DNA from: Rhodosorus marinus CCMP1338
Taxonomy: Eukaryota; Plantae; Rhodophyta
Direction of reading: 5' to 3'
Length of the DNA stretch: 64,000 bases
NCBI GenBank assembly: GCA_029953675.1
Contig: JAMWBK010000006.1
Location: 2,408,616 to 2,472,615 of the forward strand
The notes below the pieces were generated by a model. It was not told where the DNA came from, searched no databases, and worked only from the letters and a program-made list of their open reading frames with translations. The position numbers and the translations under genes were made by a program. This document shows, one piece after another, positions 10,901 through 24,685 of this stretch. Each line of letters starts with the position of its first letter. The first letter of the stretch is position 1.

Positions 10901-12776
10901 TTGGTGTTTGAATGGTGTCTTTGAGGCAACGTACCTTATCTCGCATGGTTGCAGCCTGTCCTTGCTCATCGAAGGCCATAACCACAACAGCAGCACCGTA
11001 TCGTTTCACAATCCTCGCATTCTTAACAAACGCATCTTCACCTTCCTTCAGAGAGATCGAGTTGACTATACACTTTCCCTGCGTACATTGTAGGCCCTCC
11101 TCGACGACGCTGAATTTTGAAGAGTCGATCATGAAAGGCACCCTGGCCACATCCGGTTCTGTGGCGAGGAGATTGCAAAATCTCCTCATTACTGCGTGCG
11201 AGTCTAAAAGTCCCTCATCAAAATTCAAGTCTATAACTTGCGCCCCGTTAGCGACCTGCTTAACAGCGATGGCAAGCATTTTGTTGTAATCACCAGCGAT
11301 AACCGCTTTTTTAAACAGGGCGGAGCCCGCAACATTGCATCGTTCTCCGATGTTTACAAACTTGACAAACTCCGGGTCAAGCGTAAAAGGTTCCAGACCT
11401 GAGAGTCGAAGCAAACTCGGCAGGGATTTCGTCTTAAAGGGCTTCAAGGTCTGCAAGAATGACAAAGGCGGTCGCAAGAATGTCAAAGGCGGTCGCAACA
11501 ATCCCAAGTCAAAAAATGACGCGCGTCTACCAGTTTTCCAATAAGAACGCAGGCAAAGACCGAATTCATAGACGAACTGCGCCGCTTAGGCGTTCCGTAC
11601 CTTGTATGCGTGGACTATAGCCTCGATGTGATCCGGTGTCGATCCGCAGCACCCACCGACAATGTTAACGAGCTGATCCTTCCCAAAGCTAGCAACATCA
11701 AGAGCCATATCCTCAGGTTTATCGTCATACCCTCCCATGGCATTCGGAAGACCGGCATTCGGATATACAAGAATGAAGCAGTCACAGCATCTCGACAAGC
11801 GCTCAATGTACTGCTTCATGTCTTTGGCGCCGAGCGCGCAGTTGAGGCCAACCTGCATGATATGCGGACAAAGAGCACGTTTGTTATCACGGAAGCTCAA
11901 AGTTTCGTTCCAATGCGCCGCAGGCATTCCTACTTACCGCGAAGGGTTTCGCGTGTGAAACGGAGGTCCAAAAGGCCTCAGTTGTCTGTCCGGAGAGAGT
12001 TCGCCCAGAGTTGTCCACGATTGTCCCTGAAACGAAAACTGGCTTCCTCTCGTAGCTTGGGTTGTCGTCGAAAAACTTGTCGATGGCATACAAAGCTGCT
12101 TTTGCATTGAGAGTATCGAAAATTGTCTCGACAAGGAGAATATCAACATGACCATCGCAAAGGGCTCGAATCTGAGAGCACGCGCACAGGAGACTTGGTA
12201 CAATCAGTATCATACCCTGGTGCCTCTTCAACAACAAAGTTTGCACGGAAACAAGAGAGTCACCTGCGCCTCATAAGCTGACGCTACTTCCAGGAACGTC
12301 GTATTCCTAAAAGCGGGGTTCTCTACGCTCGGTGAAACCGAGAGGGTTTTGTTCGTTGGCCCAATGGCTCCGCAAACGAATCTAGGTTTGTTTGGAGTTA
12401 ACTCAGTATATTTATCAGCTGCCATACGAGCCAACTTGGCAGACTCAAAGTTAATGTCGTATACGTCCTTCGGATCTTTGTCGAGTTCGTAGTCAGCCTG
12501 GGCTATACACGTTCCGGAAAAAGTATTCGTCTCAATGAAGTCCGATCCTGATGCAAGGTAACGCTCATGTATTTCTTGAATAATATCCGGCCTTGTGATT
12601 GACAGGATGTCGTTATTCCCCTGAAGATCATGCCTATGCTCCGCATATCTTTCACCGCGAAAGTCTGGTTCTTTCAGTTTGTACTGTTGGATCACAGTTC
12701 CCATCGCACCGTCAAGGAACATGACCTTCTCCTTAAGGAGATGCGTCAGCTTCTCGAAGATAACTGGCTCCGCCAT
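7920..12776 (-). CDS. METH: Cobalamin-dependent methionine synthase, multi-exon
   Basis: LDGAMGT, ETNTF and GGCCG (Hcy-binding); [11 protein letters not shown] and [12 protein letters not shown] (pterin-binding); [12 protein letters not shown] (B12-binding DxHxxG); [10 protein letters not shown]|PDHTEK (reactivation domain). Ends YFAVGQI..NYDTDV* at 7920. Start Met at 12776 is the likely one. Confidence 0.97.
11453..11500. repeat. 21-bp tandem duplication in a METH intron
   Basis: GCAAGAATG(A/T)CAAAGGCGGTC twice plus a partial copy, next to a splice acceptor. Confidence 0.8.
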
Positions 12777-13365
12777 TCTTCCAGATCCCTCCCGTTCTAC
12801 AGATGGCCCCGTCGGCGAAAGTTCCCAGGAACCACAGAAATATGCCTTTTCGCTCCGATAGCAAGTGGGATAACTTGCACTTCTGCTCGTTGCATCCAAA
12901 GCATGTCCTCGTTGAAAACTTCTTTCGCCGATCAGCCCGAGATGAAAGAATTGTTTTTTCAATTTCTGAGATTAGTGACGTCAATCACTAACAATGGCTA
13001 AGGGGCACGTTCTTCGTGGATGATGTTGATTGCTGTGGGCACCGAGTATTTGTTAATCACCAGTCTGATGTCGCCTTAGAGACCGCTTCTCTCAGGTTGG
13101 CTTAGCTTTCATTTTCTCAGAGTTGTCGCTTCCGACTTTAAAACGAAACACCCGTTTTCAGCGTAGGAACGTCTGCTTGAATATTGGGACGCATCTACCC
13201 CTCCTCCGTCTTACCCTCAGGCTATCGTAATCCTGACTAAGCAATGAAATTTATACATATTTTCAAGAAAAATTGTCCATTATCCTCCCCCTAAAGATTT
13301 GCAAGTGTCTTGGGTTGGTCTTGCAGAAAAGGGGGGGTGGAGTTGTAGAGCTACAAGAAGGCCAA

Positions 13366-13427
13366 TGATGCCGACGACATCAGGGTAGTTGATGATACCG
13401 ACGACATCAGGGTAGTTGATGATGCCG
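13366..13427. repeat. 27-bp tandem repeat, about 2.3 copies
   Basis: TGAT(G/A)CCGACGACATCAGGGTAGTTGA repeated between METH and CTR9. Confidence 0.85.
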
Positions 13428-14641
13428 CAAGCGAGCGCAGGCAGAGATAAAGTGCCTCAACCTTCGAGTTCTTGTTGTGAGTAAAAATATGGGCTCCTGA
13501 TCTAGATGAATTTGTGCTGAATAGTGGAACGTGACGATTGCAACGTTATAGTTGGCCGCAGGAGTTCCCACGCCGCGGAGAAAACTCGTTTTAAGTCCAC
13601 GAGTCGAGTACAACAGCGCTTTTCAATCCTGGACCAGCGAAGTTTGGATGGGTGAGCAGGGTTCAAGAACTTACTAGCGCCTTTCTACGTGTTTAGAGAA
13701 ACTGGGTAGTTGTTTTGATTCCGATAACCGAGAAAAAACTAGATTATATGTTTTGCGCTATGATGAGTTGCATCACGTTCCACAAGCTAAGCGCTCACGG
13801 AGACGGTACTAGATGACCGTTCTGTCAGACCATAGCAACGAAAGGGTGCGTCCAGGAGAAGGCAGAAAACACATCCATCTACACAGCTCAGACCATCGAT
13901 TTTGTGCCCGGTCGCCTGACTCCGAGCAGAGAAGAAGGTGCTCAAGTGGTTCCAGCAGTCAAGCAAATGCAGTTGAAAGAAGAACGCTCCTAGGTCACCC
14001 ACCTTCGCTTCCCCAGTGAGGAAATCTTCTAACGATTTGACTGAGATTAAAAAAATCGATCTATCACAACCCGGTCTGGTCCAAAATGAATATAAACCAA
14101 TATTTTCAACTCTCCCCGTGCAGTGTACAATTCCACAGAATTTGATGAGACTTGATCGATTGATTGATTGGATTCGAGTCTGCTCTAGCATCGTTCGCAC
14201 ACTCCAGATGAATCAGTCACACTTGTTCAACGCATTGCCTCCTACCTCGCGTTGCTCTAATAAGCCTTCCGTTTTGGCACCCATCCAGTCTCGTAGTGGA
14301 GGTCTCATAGTCAACAGTCAGACGACCGAGCCGATTCTGAAACTGAGTCTCTCCGTTCCAATATATTACACAAACCGTTCAGCCTATTTATTTATCCGCA
14401 GTGAGCTCAAGGTTTCGGCAACGCGTTGGCGAAAACGAATTTCTTGCATAAAGGTGGTCGGAACGGTCTTGTTTTGGAAAGCCTGTACTCTTGTGGTTTC
14501 CGGGCTCCGACTTGGGAGCCGACGAGGTCTAGACAGCAGGTTGCCGAATTTAAGGTGAGAGCTGCAATTGGGTTTTGCACTGCGGAGAGGTCTAGTTGCC
14601 AGGTCAACCGGAGTGGTTGATGTGGAGACTACTCGAGAAGG

Positions 14642-17600
14642 ATGGCGGGGCTTGATCTTGATCGAGTTTACATTCCGCTGAGAGAGTCCGACCAAACTTT
14701 AGTATTAAGTTCTTCGAAGCTGCCATCTGATGTCTATGATGTGATTGAAATCCTTCGCTCTGAGGCCGCACCGCGGGAGGTATGGACGAAAGTGGGAAGG
14801 TTGTTTAATTCTGCATCCCGTTTGTCAGACTGCATTCGTATTCTGGAGGATGCTGTAAGCCCTTGCACTCCTCATTTCAATTGAGCGCGATCGCAGGCAA
14901 TAACTAAATTTTTTTAAACGCTCTCTTCCTTATTTTTTTTTTCCTCCTGCGCTGTTCTCAGCTGCGACCGGAGATGGAGGCACTGCTTTCTTCTATGGAG
15001 TCGGATGGAAGCCGCAAGGTTGAGCTCCTTGTTTCTCTAGCGGGAGCATATATTATTCAAGGACTAGAAGCGTCAGAGAAGGAAACGGATTATCAGCACA
15101 TGTTGGAACAAGCAGCAAGCGTTTTGAATCAAGCCGAAGCACTAAATGTGAACAATCCTTTGTTATGGGAAGCCAAAGCATGGAAGGAATTTTACAACAA
15201 CAATCTCGACCGGGCCCGGTACGAAGAGCGCTGTTTTCAAGCCTGCTATTCACTCTACCTCATTTCGCTAGAAAGTAACAACTAATTTGTTCTGCCCTGG
15301 TTGGTTCATGATGCGCAACGTAGGAGCTTCTTTGAGACGGCTGCTTCTATAGGGAACACATCTGCGGGTGGAAAGCTCGGCATGGCGGCCTTGCTGTTGA
15401 ATTTTAAAGAAACTAGCACGTCAAAAAGTCTCTTCAGGTCTACCATGCGAGACCTCCACTGCCCTATCTCTGCATGGCTTGGGCTAGCACATGCGTTTCT
15501 CGCCAACGGACAGCTCAGGAACGCCGAGGAAGCTTTTGAGAGAGTTTTGCATCAGTCTGCAGAAGGTACGACTGCGACAGGATCTGCCACCATTTTTTTT
15601 GGGGGGTACAATGCTTACGCTTGACTTTTGCTTTTTGTCCACTTACTGCGCTGCGCAGAATATAGACCAGAAGCTATAGAGGCTCTAGTGAACTTAGCAA
15701 CTATCAAGATGAACTCGGAACATGACTCTGGGGTGCGAGAAGCTCTCTTGCTAATTAAGTCTGCGCTCAGGATACAACATGGGGCGGAAGTCAATCTGGA
15801 TCCTCGGCTGCTTAGCCACGCGTCCGAGATTTTTTACTATGGCGGCGAGGTGCAGAGGGCCGAGTCCCTTGCTCTTTCGGCGGTACGCGAACTGAGAAAT
15901 CTGGAACCCGCCACTGAATTTGTTGCTGACCAGGGCACACCTGTGACATAATGCTCGTCAGGCAAAGATTGCGGGTATGAGAACGAGTCCGGAAACTCTC
16001 GGCGACATTAGGCTTCAACTAGCAAGGATTGCACATTCCCATGGTAGCTACGTTGACGCACTTCGTCTTTACAAGCAAGCCGAGGCACTTCAGGAGCAAT
16101 CAGGCAAGGATCGACTAGGGTCGCAAGTTCACCTCGGTTGCGGACTGCTCGGGCTGGCGTTACAAGAGGGCGAGAAAGATGATTACATAGTTGACCACTT
16201 ACAGGCGGTTTTAAAAGCAAACGACAAATGCTCCCGGGCTCGGAGAGCACTTGGTGTCGTGCTCGCCAAAAGCGTTCTTCGCAAAGGAAGCCTCGAGCTT
16301 TCCGTGGCTGCGAGGGAGCAGCGACGGGAATTGTCGAAGACTATGCTCCAGCAGGGCATCTTAGAGGATGGTAAGCAATTTGGTGCCATCAGTGTTTTGC
16401 GAGTGAGTTTTCAAGGTATCTAGAGGTTTTGGCGATCGAGGCTGCGTCGAATTTTCCTCGTTTACTGAGGATTGGCTTTGTCGTGCCTTTCACAGGTGGA
16501 GACGACGACATTCCCGCATTAATTACATATGCGCAACTCTTTGAGCTCAGCCGACCAGAAGTAGCGATTGCCTCCTACAAAAAAGCAATCGAGGCATACA
16601 AGAGGGTAGGAAAAGACGAGCCATTTGAGTTGTTGAATAATTTGTCCGCTCTCCAAGCTAGCATGTCTCAGTTCGGAGAAGCAAAAGACACCCTCGAAAG
16701 GTAGGACGAGAGTACTATGAGAAGGTCGAGACACTGCCTGCTGATGTGGTGTCATCCTCTTCATCCTTAGATCTATTCAGCTAGTCCGCAAGCGAAACAG
16801 GCTTACTGAGGGTGGCCCGCTGGGACCTCGTTATGTTACACTTTCGTACAACTACGCAAGACTGCTCGAAAAGGTAGGAGACGTGAATGCTGCCCAGGAG
16901 ATGTACCGCGAGATTACGAATTTGCATCCGAGCTATTCCGACGCGTCCGTTCGCCTTGGGTAGGATAGGAGCATCAAATTATAGTCTGTTTAGGGTTGAT
17001 GTTTCCAAAGTTCTGGGCCCTAAATCGCCTTTGCTGTTATTAACCAATTCCTAAAGGTACATCCTGCTAGAACGGGGGGACTTAGTCGGTTCCGAAGAGT
17101 GCGCGCAGAAAGCTGTAACGAGTTCATCAAAGAACTCTAGATCCTTCGCAGCGAGCTTGTTGGCGACGGTCCGGGCAAAGCAGCGGGCCTATCCATCATT
17201 GCAGAAAGTTTTGGAAAAGGGTAGCGAGAACAAGCTGGACATGTATGCCGAAGTCGCTTTGGCGTCGTTTTGGACCGAAAACCTGTATAGCATGGAACCT
17301 GAAAGAAGAAACAGAATGCTTGAGCGCATACATCGACTCCTCGCAAAGGTTGGATTGAGCAAATCTGCTTCTCGAGTGTGCTTAGCTTGCTGCTTTTGCG
17401 AACTCCGAACTTTTGGTCAGCCGTTAATGTTCAAACCTCTGACACGAAGATGACCCAATTATTTTCTACTTGTCAGGTGATTAGGGAAAACCCATCCAAC
17501 GCCGTTGCCGCTGCTGGAATTGGCTGTTTTCTTGCAATGAACCACCAGTACTCGGACGCTCGTGATGTGTTTTCGTCAGTTGTCGCTCATCGATATTGTG

Positions 17601-19014
17601 GTAATAACTTCAAAGTGAACCTTGCACATGTACAAGTCGAGATTGGGAAGGGGAGCAAGCGTAGAACACGCGACGCGTCGAAGACTGCTGATTCGTCTAG
17701 TTTTCAGCAAGCTGCAAAGTTGTACATTGATGCAATCGACAAAATCCGCACGGCGAATTCAGACTCGGAGCTTCTCCTCTACCTGGCGAGGACCATTTTC
17801 GAAGCAGGCGATTACGATGAGGCGCTACGGTTGACTCAGAAACTTGTGCACTTAAGCCCCCAGTATCTACCTCTATGGTAAGGGTCAAACGGAACTGCGT
17901 GGGTGAGGATTGGCGGATGCAGTAGAGCAATTCTGAAATTGGTACATTCCTGAAATCGATGGTACGGCAAGGTACAACTTTGCGGTGGCCCTGCAAGAGT
18001 GTTCTTTGGCGAAAATGGAGTCGAACGTGAAATCCGTGAAGCAAATCAAACAAGGAGCAGCAGAACTGGATAGGGCGCATCGCTTATTTGGTCGCCTTCG
18101 TAGTTATGTGCCCTACGAAGGTTCCGGACCTGTACATGCCAAACCAACTCCCCAGAGCACTGAGGCTCACTACCGCTTTTGCAAGGTTTGATACCTTGAT
18201 GGTTTGCAAAATTAATGGGTCAGGGGAATTGACGCGGGACTGACCCCTATTTCTGCTGCACCACAGGAGCGTCTAAACAAAGCCCGAGTGGTGCTCGTGA
18301 ACGCGGAGCAGACGGAGAGGACGGCGCAGGAAAGACTTGAACAGCAAAAACGAGAGGTAGAACATCGACTAGCAGCTGAAAAAGCGGAGCGAGAGGAGGC
18401 AGAGAGGTGGGAGCGAATGGACGAAATAGCTCATCGGCGAGATCTGCTTGCTTTTGCTATCATTTGCGGTTGGCTGATCATGGAAACTGGCTTCCCTTAA
18501 CAAAATGCGGGGTTGTCTTAACAGGAAACATCTGGAAGAGAAAGAGGCTCTTGAGCAGCGGCAGAGGCTCTTGGACGAGAAATTACAACAGGAGCTCGTA
18601 CAAAAGGACCAAAATGAAGCTGTTAGCGACGGGGGTGATCCGGATATGCCATATCCCCAAGAAGAGGCTGTTTTGCAATCTAAGAAGCGAAAGGTTAGTT
18701 ATCATCTAGGGAGTCTTTGGAGCTGACCGCCCTCGGCAGATGAAGTCGGCTTCCCGGAAGAACGAAGTACTTTAACGCTTGTCTAATAGTTATTCCTAAT
18801 AAATTCCTTTATATGCAGACTGTAGAATCCGATGAAGACGAGGAAGGCGCTGAACACGAAGAGAACGGTGGGCCCAGAAATACTAAGCGGAACAAAGTGA
18901 TCTCGGAATCTGAGTCAGCTGAGAGTATGCAGCACTTTCTTCCTCTTTCCCAGTTGGCACGCAATTCCTGAGCTGACTGCGGGCATTGTTGTCATAGGTG
19001 ATCGAGTTGGCTAG
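14642..19014 (+). CDS. CTR9: RNA polymerase-associated protein CTR9 homologue (PAF1 complex, TPR repeats), multi-exon
   Basis: N-terminus RVYIPLRESDQTLVL..LPSD..VIEILRSEAAP matches the CTR9 start. Multiple TPR exons; C-terminal IRENPSNAVAAAGIG, VNLAHV, LYLART, YNFAVALQ and a coiled-coil/acidic tail. The 3' exon assignment is approximate. Confidence 0.88.
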
Positions 19015-19781
19015 GAAAACGCTGAGTGTTGAAACTCAGCTTGGTGTTCGATTCTGATAGATCACGGGCACAGCCGTGGATCTTGCGAGCCGGTTGGATC
19101 AGCTTTTAGGGACCAGATCGACTCTTTTCGGAGCTTGCCTGCAGAGCAACTAGGCGCAGAGGCCAGGAGTACCCGCAACCTTCACTCTCGCCGGTGCCCC
19201 CTCTTTCTCAACGCAGCTGAAACACAGAAAACACATACCAGTATGACTGTTTAGTTTATCCCCACTGTGATCAGCAGATTGAGAAATATGCCAGATTGGA
19301 ATGTGGCTTGTCGGAAGAACCCTGCGGTCAAATTTTTGTGATGTTTTTTTGAATGGGGCCCCCCCCTGAAGAAGCTGTGACCACGAAAGGATTCATGATT
19401 GTCGCAACCGATTGCAAGGCTTTCTCAGTTTGTATGTGACTAATAAACTCAGTATCTATTGCTGTCGCCGGTTAGCTGATCCTCCGTGTCTCGTGAGCGC
19501 TATTCTCATAGCTGGATGTTGTGAAGTGGCGTGTACATGCCACAGAAGATTGATCCGCAATTGAATATGGATCCGACAGAAGAAAAGCAGAGTAACATAA
19601 AAAGATTCACCTTAGCTTTACCCTCCAGCGGGGACTGCATCTAGGAAACGACTTCAAAGCAGGTATGCATAGGAGCTAAAGTTCCGCGAGCGCGGAAGCT
19701 AGCATCAGGCCAGCCCCGCACAATAAAAACGATCTGAGAATGAAGCATCACGATGCATTGAAATCCGGAGAATCACCACTA

Positions 19782-21521
19782 TCATATTCCGAGGACTCTT
19801 TGGAATATTCGCTGATTCGTGTTGAAGTTGCAAGGAATGACTCGCAGTGGAGCCTTAGTCTTTTTGACCTCCCTCCCGGTCGCCGGATCCAGTTGCACCA
19901 AACGCAGATCCACAGTTTCACCGTTCGTCAAGTTGTTGGGCACTCTGATTTTCCCAGGTACCGCATATCCTGGCACCCTTCCGTTGCCAGCCCTAACAGG
20001 AGCCGCAGTTTGGGCGATATTTGATATCGGAGTTTCTCCCTTAAGAAGGAGACAGCCGATTCTAACTGCTTGTAGAGCCGAGTATAAAGTATGTGGGCAC
20101 GGGAACTCCCGTCCAGGGCAGTTCTTGATAACATTTGGTGGGTCTCCCTGGTAGTGAAGCTCAGATTCTACGGGGGTCACGACAAAAGGGTATACAAAAA
20201 GCACTCCCCGTCCAGGCTTCCCCTTCGGGTCTGATCCAGAATTGTATCCTGGTGCTCCCACGAAAAGCATTCGATCATCCATTTCTACGATGCTGCCTAG
20301 ATTTGCAAGCCGCTGGCGATTCGGAAGTCGAATCATTCCGGTCTGATTAAAAGTGTTGTCCGTGCATTTGACGAACGTATAAGCGGTCCCTTCTTCTGGT
20401 ACTGGAAGGCCTTGGTTCGATTGAGGGGTAAAGCCCGGAGAACCAATCATGACAGTGTCCCGCACTCGGACAATCGACTCTCCAAAGCGGGCGTTTGGAG
20501 TACTACCATCCGGGTAGAGTCCAGCAGAGCTCTGTCTGTATTGGTCATTCAACAGGTTCCACATATAGGCAGCTCCAGATGTTGGGCTCTGCGGCCCGCT
20601 CGCATTAACGCCCCCAATCATGGCTACTTCAGGGTCAGTGGTGAGAGATATTCCCGTCCCGTATCCAGATCCAGCCTTCCTTGCTTGTATCCCGATGGAA
20701 GCCTCTGAGGGAGCCAGCTTCTGCTTGAAATACCAACTCCTTCCGCTCCATCGATACAAATACGCGGCTCCATAGCCGTTGGGGGCACTATTCGGTGCAC
20801 CCGCAAGCACAACACGGGGTCCAGTGAACGGAAATACTCCTTTAACACGCACATTTTTGCCGAACATTTGATCTCTCTGCTCGCCGTATAATGCTTGAGC
20901 GAGTACATAGCGGCTGGTTGTCGTCGCCTTTGAATAAATAAAAACAGCGCCCGTGTTGGGAATCGCAGCTTTAGCGACATTATTCTGACGAATTGAACCG
21001 ACGGCAATCATGAAACCATCCGCGTCCACTGAGTGGCCAAACTGCGCTCCCGGGTGACCAACATTCGCTGGAGGGACTAACATCTGAGCCCACACAAACC
21101 GTCCACCTTTCATCTCGAATACTTCCACAGAACCCGAGCTCAGTCCTTGTTGATCGGTAAGTGGGGCACCTACGGCAACAACAGGAACATTATAGGCCCG
21201 CGAGATGCTAACACTATATCCAAACTCGTCACCACTCTTTCCTGTGGGGGAAGCCAGTCGCTGCGTAAAGTTCCATACACCTTTGCTTCGCTGGAAAATA
21301 TATGCTGCCCCTTTGTCTGCTGTGTGTCCGGGAGCACCCACCACGAGAAAGTTTCCGACAATGTTCACGTCTGTCCCGAACTTAATACCTGTTAGATTCG
21401 GTTCACCCGGAGGCTCCAGTGCAACGCGTTTGGCGATCCGCATGCTAGGACACACCGTTTGGCCGAAGCAGGATCCAAGGATCCCTACGAGTATGCACAA
21501 ACTCAACGTTATGCCTTTCAT
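19782..21521 (-). CDS. Secreted FG-GAP repeat (integrin-alpha-like beta-propeller) protein
   Basis: 579 aa with a signal peptide and repeated FG-x-x-V...VGAP...G-AY-F units. Confidence 0.88.
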   Translation of the reverse strand: MKGITLSLCILVGILGSCFGQTVCPSMRIAKRVALEPPGEPNLTGIKFGTDVNIVGNFLVVGAPGHTADKGAAYIFQRSKGVWNFTQRLASPTGKSGDEFGYSVSISRAYNVPVVAVGAPLTDQQGLSSGSVEVFEMKGGRFVWAQMLVPPANVGHPGAQFGHSVDADGFMIAVGSIRQNNVAKAAIPNTGAVFIYSKATTTSRYVLAQALYGEQRDQMFGKNVRVKGVFPFTGPRVVLAGAPNSAPNGYGAAYLYRWSGRSWYFKQKLAPSEASIGIQARKAGSGYGTGISLTTDPEVAMIGGVNASGPQSPTSGAAYMWNLLNDQYRQSSAGLYPDGSTPNARFGESIVRVRDTVMIGSPGFTPQSNQGLPVPEEGTAYTFVKCTDNTFNQTGMIRLPNRQRLANLGSIVEMDDRMLFVGAPGYNSGSDPKGKPGRGVLFVYPFVVTPVESELHYQGDPPNVIKNCPGREFPCPHTLYSALQAVRIGCLLLKGETPISNIAQTAAPVRAGNGRVPGYAVPGKIRVPNNLTNGETVDLRLVQLDPATGREVKKTKAPLRVIPCNFNTNQRIFQRVLGI

Positions 21522-22196
21522 GGTCGCGACTTAGTGATTACTCACGTTCCGTAGTCCACTAAGCCGATCATGAAAATCCCGACCTTAAGATCCCTGTAGC
21601 ATACTTCATCAAGACTATCCGCACAAGCGTCCTCATAGGTTTAATATTATCGGGTCTCAACGGATACCCAGATCTCTGGGCTGCACACGAGTGTAGTCGC
21701 ATACCCAATTTCGTGCCAAACGCGCGGTGCAGCTATTGGAGCGGGTAGATGAGAAAAGGAGCGAAACCGAGAAAAAGTAGCCCCTGCCTTGAAAAGTTTT
21801 TCAAAAGAAGCAGCAGGTGCTTTCAAATATGCTTACAAACCAAAAAGCAATCAAGAGCGTTGAATAATTGATCTATTAAGGGTTCTCACGTTTCGTGGTA
21901 TTAAAAAATCCTAGTACCAGATTAGTACATGCAGTATGGAATAAACGAAGAAAATTCGGGTGCGTTTGATTAGAAATTTTCGAAAACATTTGTGGGATAA
22001 GCAAGACCGGGGTTGAACACGTAATCAGACGGGGGTGGGTATCCAAAGATTTGGCTTCGTTTGTTGTTTGCATATTTTATGGGGTTTCTTTTCTATACAA
22101 CGTTTTATTGTAAATTTTAATCTCTTTGGAAACCCCCCGAAAACGGTATTCGACCTAAAGCGGGATACAACCGTTCTATTCTAAAAGGTCTCCAAT

Positions 22197-23035
22197 GACA
22201 CAGACCGCGGGGATGAAACCCACTGACTCTACGCAAAGGTAGTCCAAATCAGACGCAGGGATGAAACCCGCTATCTTAACCCAAACCCAAAGAAACTCTG
22301 TTCTTTTATTCTATTCCCTCTTTCCTTCCCTCCCCTTAAATCTGCCGAAGCCCAGCTCACTAATTTCCCTGATACTCTCTGTGGGGAGGATTGCTTCTAG
22401 CGTCGGCAGATCTAGTGCCCCATCCATGGTGATTGATACTACAGCGATTGATTCCGTAAGGATTGATACTATCGACGTTACTACCGTTACTATTGTTGTA
22501 GCGTGTTCTCGTGGATCTCCACACTCCCCCGTTTTTCTTTGACGTCATATCATCAATGTACTCGTCAGCCGAGACTCGCAATTCTCCCGTCTCCAAGCAA
22601 CGATCCATGACTGCCGATCTCATGTCTTTCGTCAGACAGTCTGCCGGATTTTGATCTGATCTGATGAACGCACCCTTTGGATTTCTCTTCTCTTGTACGC
22701 CTCTCTCAGAGCAAACACGTCGAGAATCAAACTCCCCTCTTCTGGAACTGTGAATGCAGGAAATGCTTAGACGATACTCCGAGTGTCAGTGCATGGGAAA
22801 ATCGGAAGGGTTTCACCTATGGCCACCTGGATCAGCGCCTGTGTAGAGCCCACGCATGATCATATGCGTCCATCATTGCCATGAGCTCCGCCGCAAAAGT
22901 CGATTTTGCTACTAAGAAATATGGTACAAAACACGACGTTTTCGGGACTCGTCGACGGTTCACCCTCCTGATCACGTCCTTTTCAATCAATGACGTGGGC
23001 GGAGGTGCCATGCGAATTTCTTTGCCGTTCGTTCA
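22197..23035 (-). mobile_element. Degenerate Ty1/copia-type LTR retrotransposon 3' remnant (RNase H end, PPT, putative 3' LTR)
   Basis: Frameshifted minus-strand peptides KSTFAAELMAMMDAYD, LPIFPCTDTRS, ILDVFALREAYKRREI and NPADCLTK. Polypurine tract AAAAACGGGGGAG (22536-22524) is immediately followed by TG. The LTR far end is uncertain. Confidence 0.75.
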
Positions 23036-23070
23036 TATTTAATCTTGACTGCCGCATGTCTAATGCGCAC

Positions 23071-24685
23071 CTAGCTTTCCTCGGGTTTTGGTACGTAGTC
23101 ATGTTCAGTGTCATAAAACGCACCGGTATCCAAAACCGCTGTTAAACGATCCCGCTCGTTTCGGAGTTCTTGCGATGCTTCCTCCCGGTTTGTGATCATA
23201 GGGTAGCTGTCCAAGTCCCGCTTCTCATTCAACACGTCGTACCATCTCTCTCCGCCACCTTCATTACATACGAACACCTGATAAGCTGCTTGTGACCAGT
23301 TGATCTTGTCTGAAACGAAAAGTTGTACTCGCGGGAGTGATTTTCCGCCTCCCCGAACAGGTACGGATACTGGCTTTGGCCATGCAGTTCGTATCCATCC
23401 AAAAGGTCACTAGCTCCCATCAGGTCCGCCACCGTAGGTACGATGTCAACGAAAGATACGAACTCGTTCGATCTCCCTTGCTTTGTCATATTCATCCCAG
23501 GCGCATAAATGAACATTTGCACATGCGGACCCTTTTGCTTGTTCCTCGAGTCCTTGCCGTAGCCCTTGGTGCCGTTGTCTGTGGACAAAATGATCACCGT
23601 ATTGTCAAGAACCCCGAGTTCTTTGCACTTCTCCACATAAGGCCAAATCGACGTCTAACTCCGCCTTTGTTCATTCAACTCGTTGTGTAGTTTCCTGCCT
23701 CCCCCGTTATTACTGACTCCTGCTTTCTGTAACTCCTCCGTTGGGATTAAACCATAGCTTTGGAGTTGGTGACCATGTGTCAACCTGTTGGTTGTTGAAG
23801 TCGTAAGCTTTATGTCCGATTCTGGAGGTTGCATACAGGAAGAAAGGCTTCTCCTCGTCAGCGCAGGTTTCCATGAACTGCTTCGTCACTTCCATATCTA
23901 CGTCGGGACCGTACGTCCCCTTCCCGTACGCAGCTTTTGTCTCCTCCGTATTCGGGTGGCAGACCAATTGCCCATCCTCGTTTGGAGGATTGAACAGCAG
24001 TACAGGCGGCAGCCAAGTGTAGCTACGTTGAGCCCTGGCTCCTGGTTCTACCTTGCCGGTGTCCTTGTTCACGAATTCCCTGTTACCATTCTCGTCCTCT
24101 CCCGCTCCTACAATTTGAAAGTCTGACAGAGGACTGGGCGGGAGTTCCTGTGGAGGTGGAACGAAAACGCGTTGTCCAAACCCGAACTTGTCCAGGTTGT
24201 CCGCGTCCGTCATCCCTGCTCTTCCTCCCCAAAAATTCCCATACCCAGCACCTTTGCCAGATGTCCAATTCCCAGCAGAGACGTCATCCAAAGAGGCACG
24301 GTATCATCGACTTCCCCGTTTTCGTCAATCCACGATCCGTAATCAAAATTGTACCACCACTTGGTAATCGTTGCGTACCTCCCAGTCATCAGCATACCTC
24401 GACTTGCTGCGCAATCGGGGTAGCCCACGCCTTGTCGAAGAAGATCCCCTCCTTCGCGATCTTATCCAGCATCGGCGTCTTTGCTCGAAATTTGAGCTCG
24501 TCTGTGGTCTCCTCGTCTGTACTAGACCAGTTGCCAGTATCGTACTGCGGGAACTCCCTCGGACTCAGATCATCTCCAATCAAGACAATAATGTTAGGTT
24601 TCCCCGACGCCGCACCACCCGCTCCATACAGCAGAGCGCAACTCAACACCACGAACAATCCAAATGCAGCTCCAACGCCCTTCAT
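23071..24685 (-). pseudogene. Disrupted sulfatase paralogue
   Basis: Colinear with the intact copy at 28927-30588. It has a 1-nt deletion at the active-site Cys codon (TPI|CAASR), a second frameshift near GIGHLA, and a deletion of the HVEYLDYT segment. Confidence 0.85.

Noticed and set aside
8134-12630. Numerous + strand ORFs opposite METH, sulfatase and retroelement coding regions
   Set aside because: Antisense shadows of real coding sequence.
13787-14558. 137-aa and 180-aa ORFs upstream of CTR9
   Set aside because: Non-ATG starts or random-looking composition; no homology evident.
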